From Haplodiscus bocki (taxonomy: Eukaryota), in the NCBI GenBank assembly GCA_965655095.1, contig CBFHFQ010000351.1, positions 1 to 64,000 on the forward strand: a stretch of 64,000 nt of DNA, in the 5' to 3' direction. Under the pieces are notes generated by a model. The model made no database searches, had not been told where the DNA came from, and was given only the letters and a program-made list of their open reading frames with translations. The position numbers were made by a program, and so were the translations under genes. How positions within the stretch are numbered: the stretch's first letter is position 1; each line of letters begins with the position of its first letter. Shown piece by piece: positions 63,201 to 64,000 of the stretch.

Positions 63201-64000
63201 ACACATACAAAGCCAAATCTTCAGTCTTCTTTTTCTGTCACAAATTTGATAGGCTGGTACTGCCAAAACGTCTTTTAAATAATTTTCAAAATTGGTAGTC
63301 CAGCTGTTGTTCCTCCAAAACTACCAGCTTGAGATTTTCCATAGAGACTCAAATCGAAAAAGTTTAACTCGAGCAAAACTATGCAACAAAAAAATCATCG
63401 GATTTTTTCCTTGCGTTGAAAACTTGATAACACACAGGCGCCGAAAAAGCTATTTTTGAGGAATCTAGATACTCAAACTTAGTTTTCACCATCACTAGTG
63501 AATAGGCTTTGAAAACTCAGGTCTCAATTCAATCACCAGTACCTCACTTAGGCATGCTTTTTGTTTCCAAAGACTCCAATTAAAGCTGTTTATAATTTTG
63601 AAAATCATAATATTCAAGTCCATGTCTCCTCATGGAACTTGAATTGACTCCCTATTCCATCAAAATTTCAATCTGCATCGTTTTTTAAGGAGGACTATTG
63701 CATTTAAAAAGTAATCCACTTTGTTCCCTGCGAGAAAAACGTAATAATGCGACAATCTTAAAAAACAGGCTGATATTTTTGACATATCTCTATATCCAAT
63801 TTGCAAATTCACGATACCCATCGAATCAATTTGTTCCGTCAAGGTATCAACCGGAAGTTTCCTCCTTGTGGAGAACAATGCAATACTAGAACACCGACTT
63901 TATTCATTCCGATGCATTTCTGTAACTTTGAATGTTGTGTAAAATGATATCATTTTGGGTTGATTTTGTTTTTCAAACTGATAATTCGTCTGAACAACTG
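60250..64000 (-). mobile_element. Decayed Polinton morphogenetic module: penton-like (~62850-63950), major capsid-like (~61000-62480), ATPase-like (~60250-60800)
   Basis: Motif echoes in collinear minus-strand order: DTLTEQIDSMG (63660-63878 ORF), FVCTDT...KPLSRN, MDSAVLKTS...FQVKRCQFISLE, LVVLDL, IIIGGP...RHEG...WYEKT. Recognised by eye only. Confidence 0.45.

Overview
AT-rich eukaryotic (invertebrate-like) genomic DNA with two assembly gaps (33989-34188, 42036-42832). It is made almost entirely of nested, decayed mobile elements; I recognise no intact host gene, RNA gene or CRISPR array. There are three layers. (1) Heavily decayed Polinton/Maverick-like (adintovirus-like) fragments: adenain-type protease x2, penton-like x3, and tentative major capsid, packaging ATPase, pPolB, integrase and RING remnants. 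(2) Decayed Ty3/Gypsy gag/pol fragments. (3) Two related LTR families: A, starting TGTCGCAG(C/T)A, and B, starting TGTCGCAGGCTGCC. These give four solo LTRs with 5-bp TSDs, one truncated LTR and one pol-deleted family-A element (4588-~10440, minus strand). The most striking structure is in these LTR families. The gag ORF starts inside the LTR (MATLRNKRKLA... in A, MVSTRK... in B) and runs out through the LTR 3' end. The LTR's terminal A plus the TG of the primer-binding site forms an in-frame ATG. In the internal copy this LTR-end/PBS junction is amplified into six in-frame 42-bp units. Solo LTRs therefore leave a start-containing, open-ended ORF that reads into flanking DNA. A 2.39-kb tandem triplication, two MITEs and several short tandem repeats are also present. 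Protein-family calls on decayed fragments come from by-eye motif recognition and need HMM confirmation; boundaries of decayed fragments are approximate.
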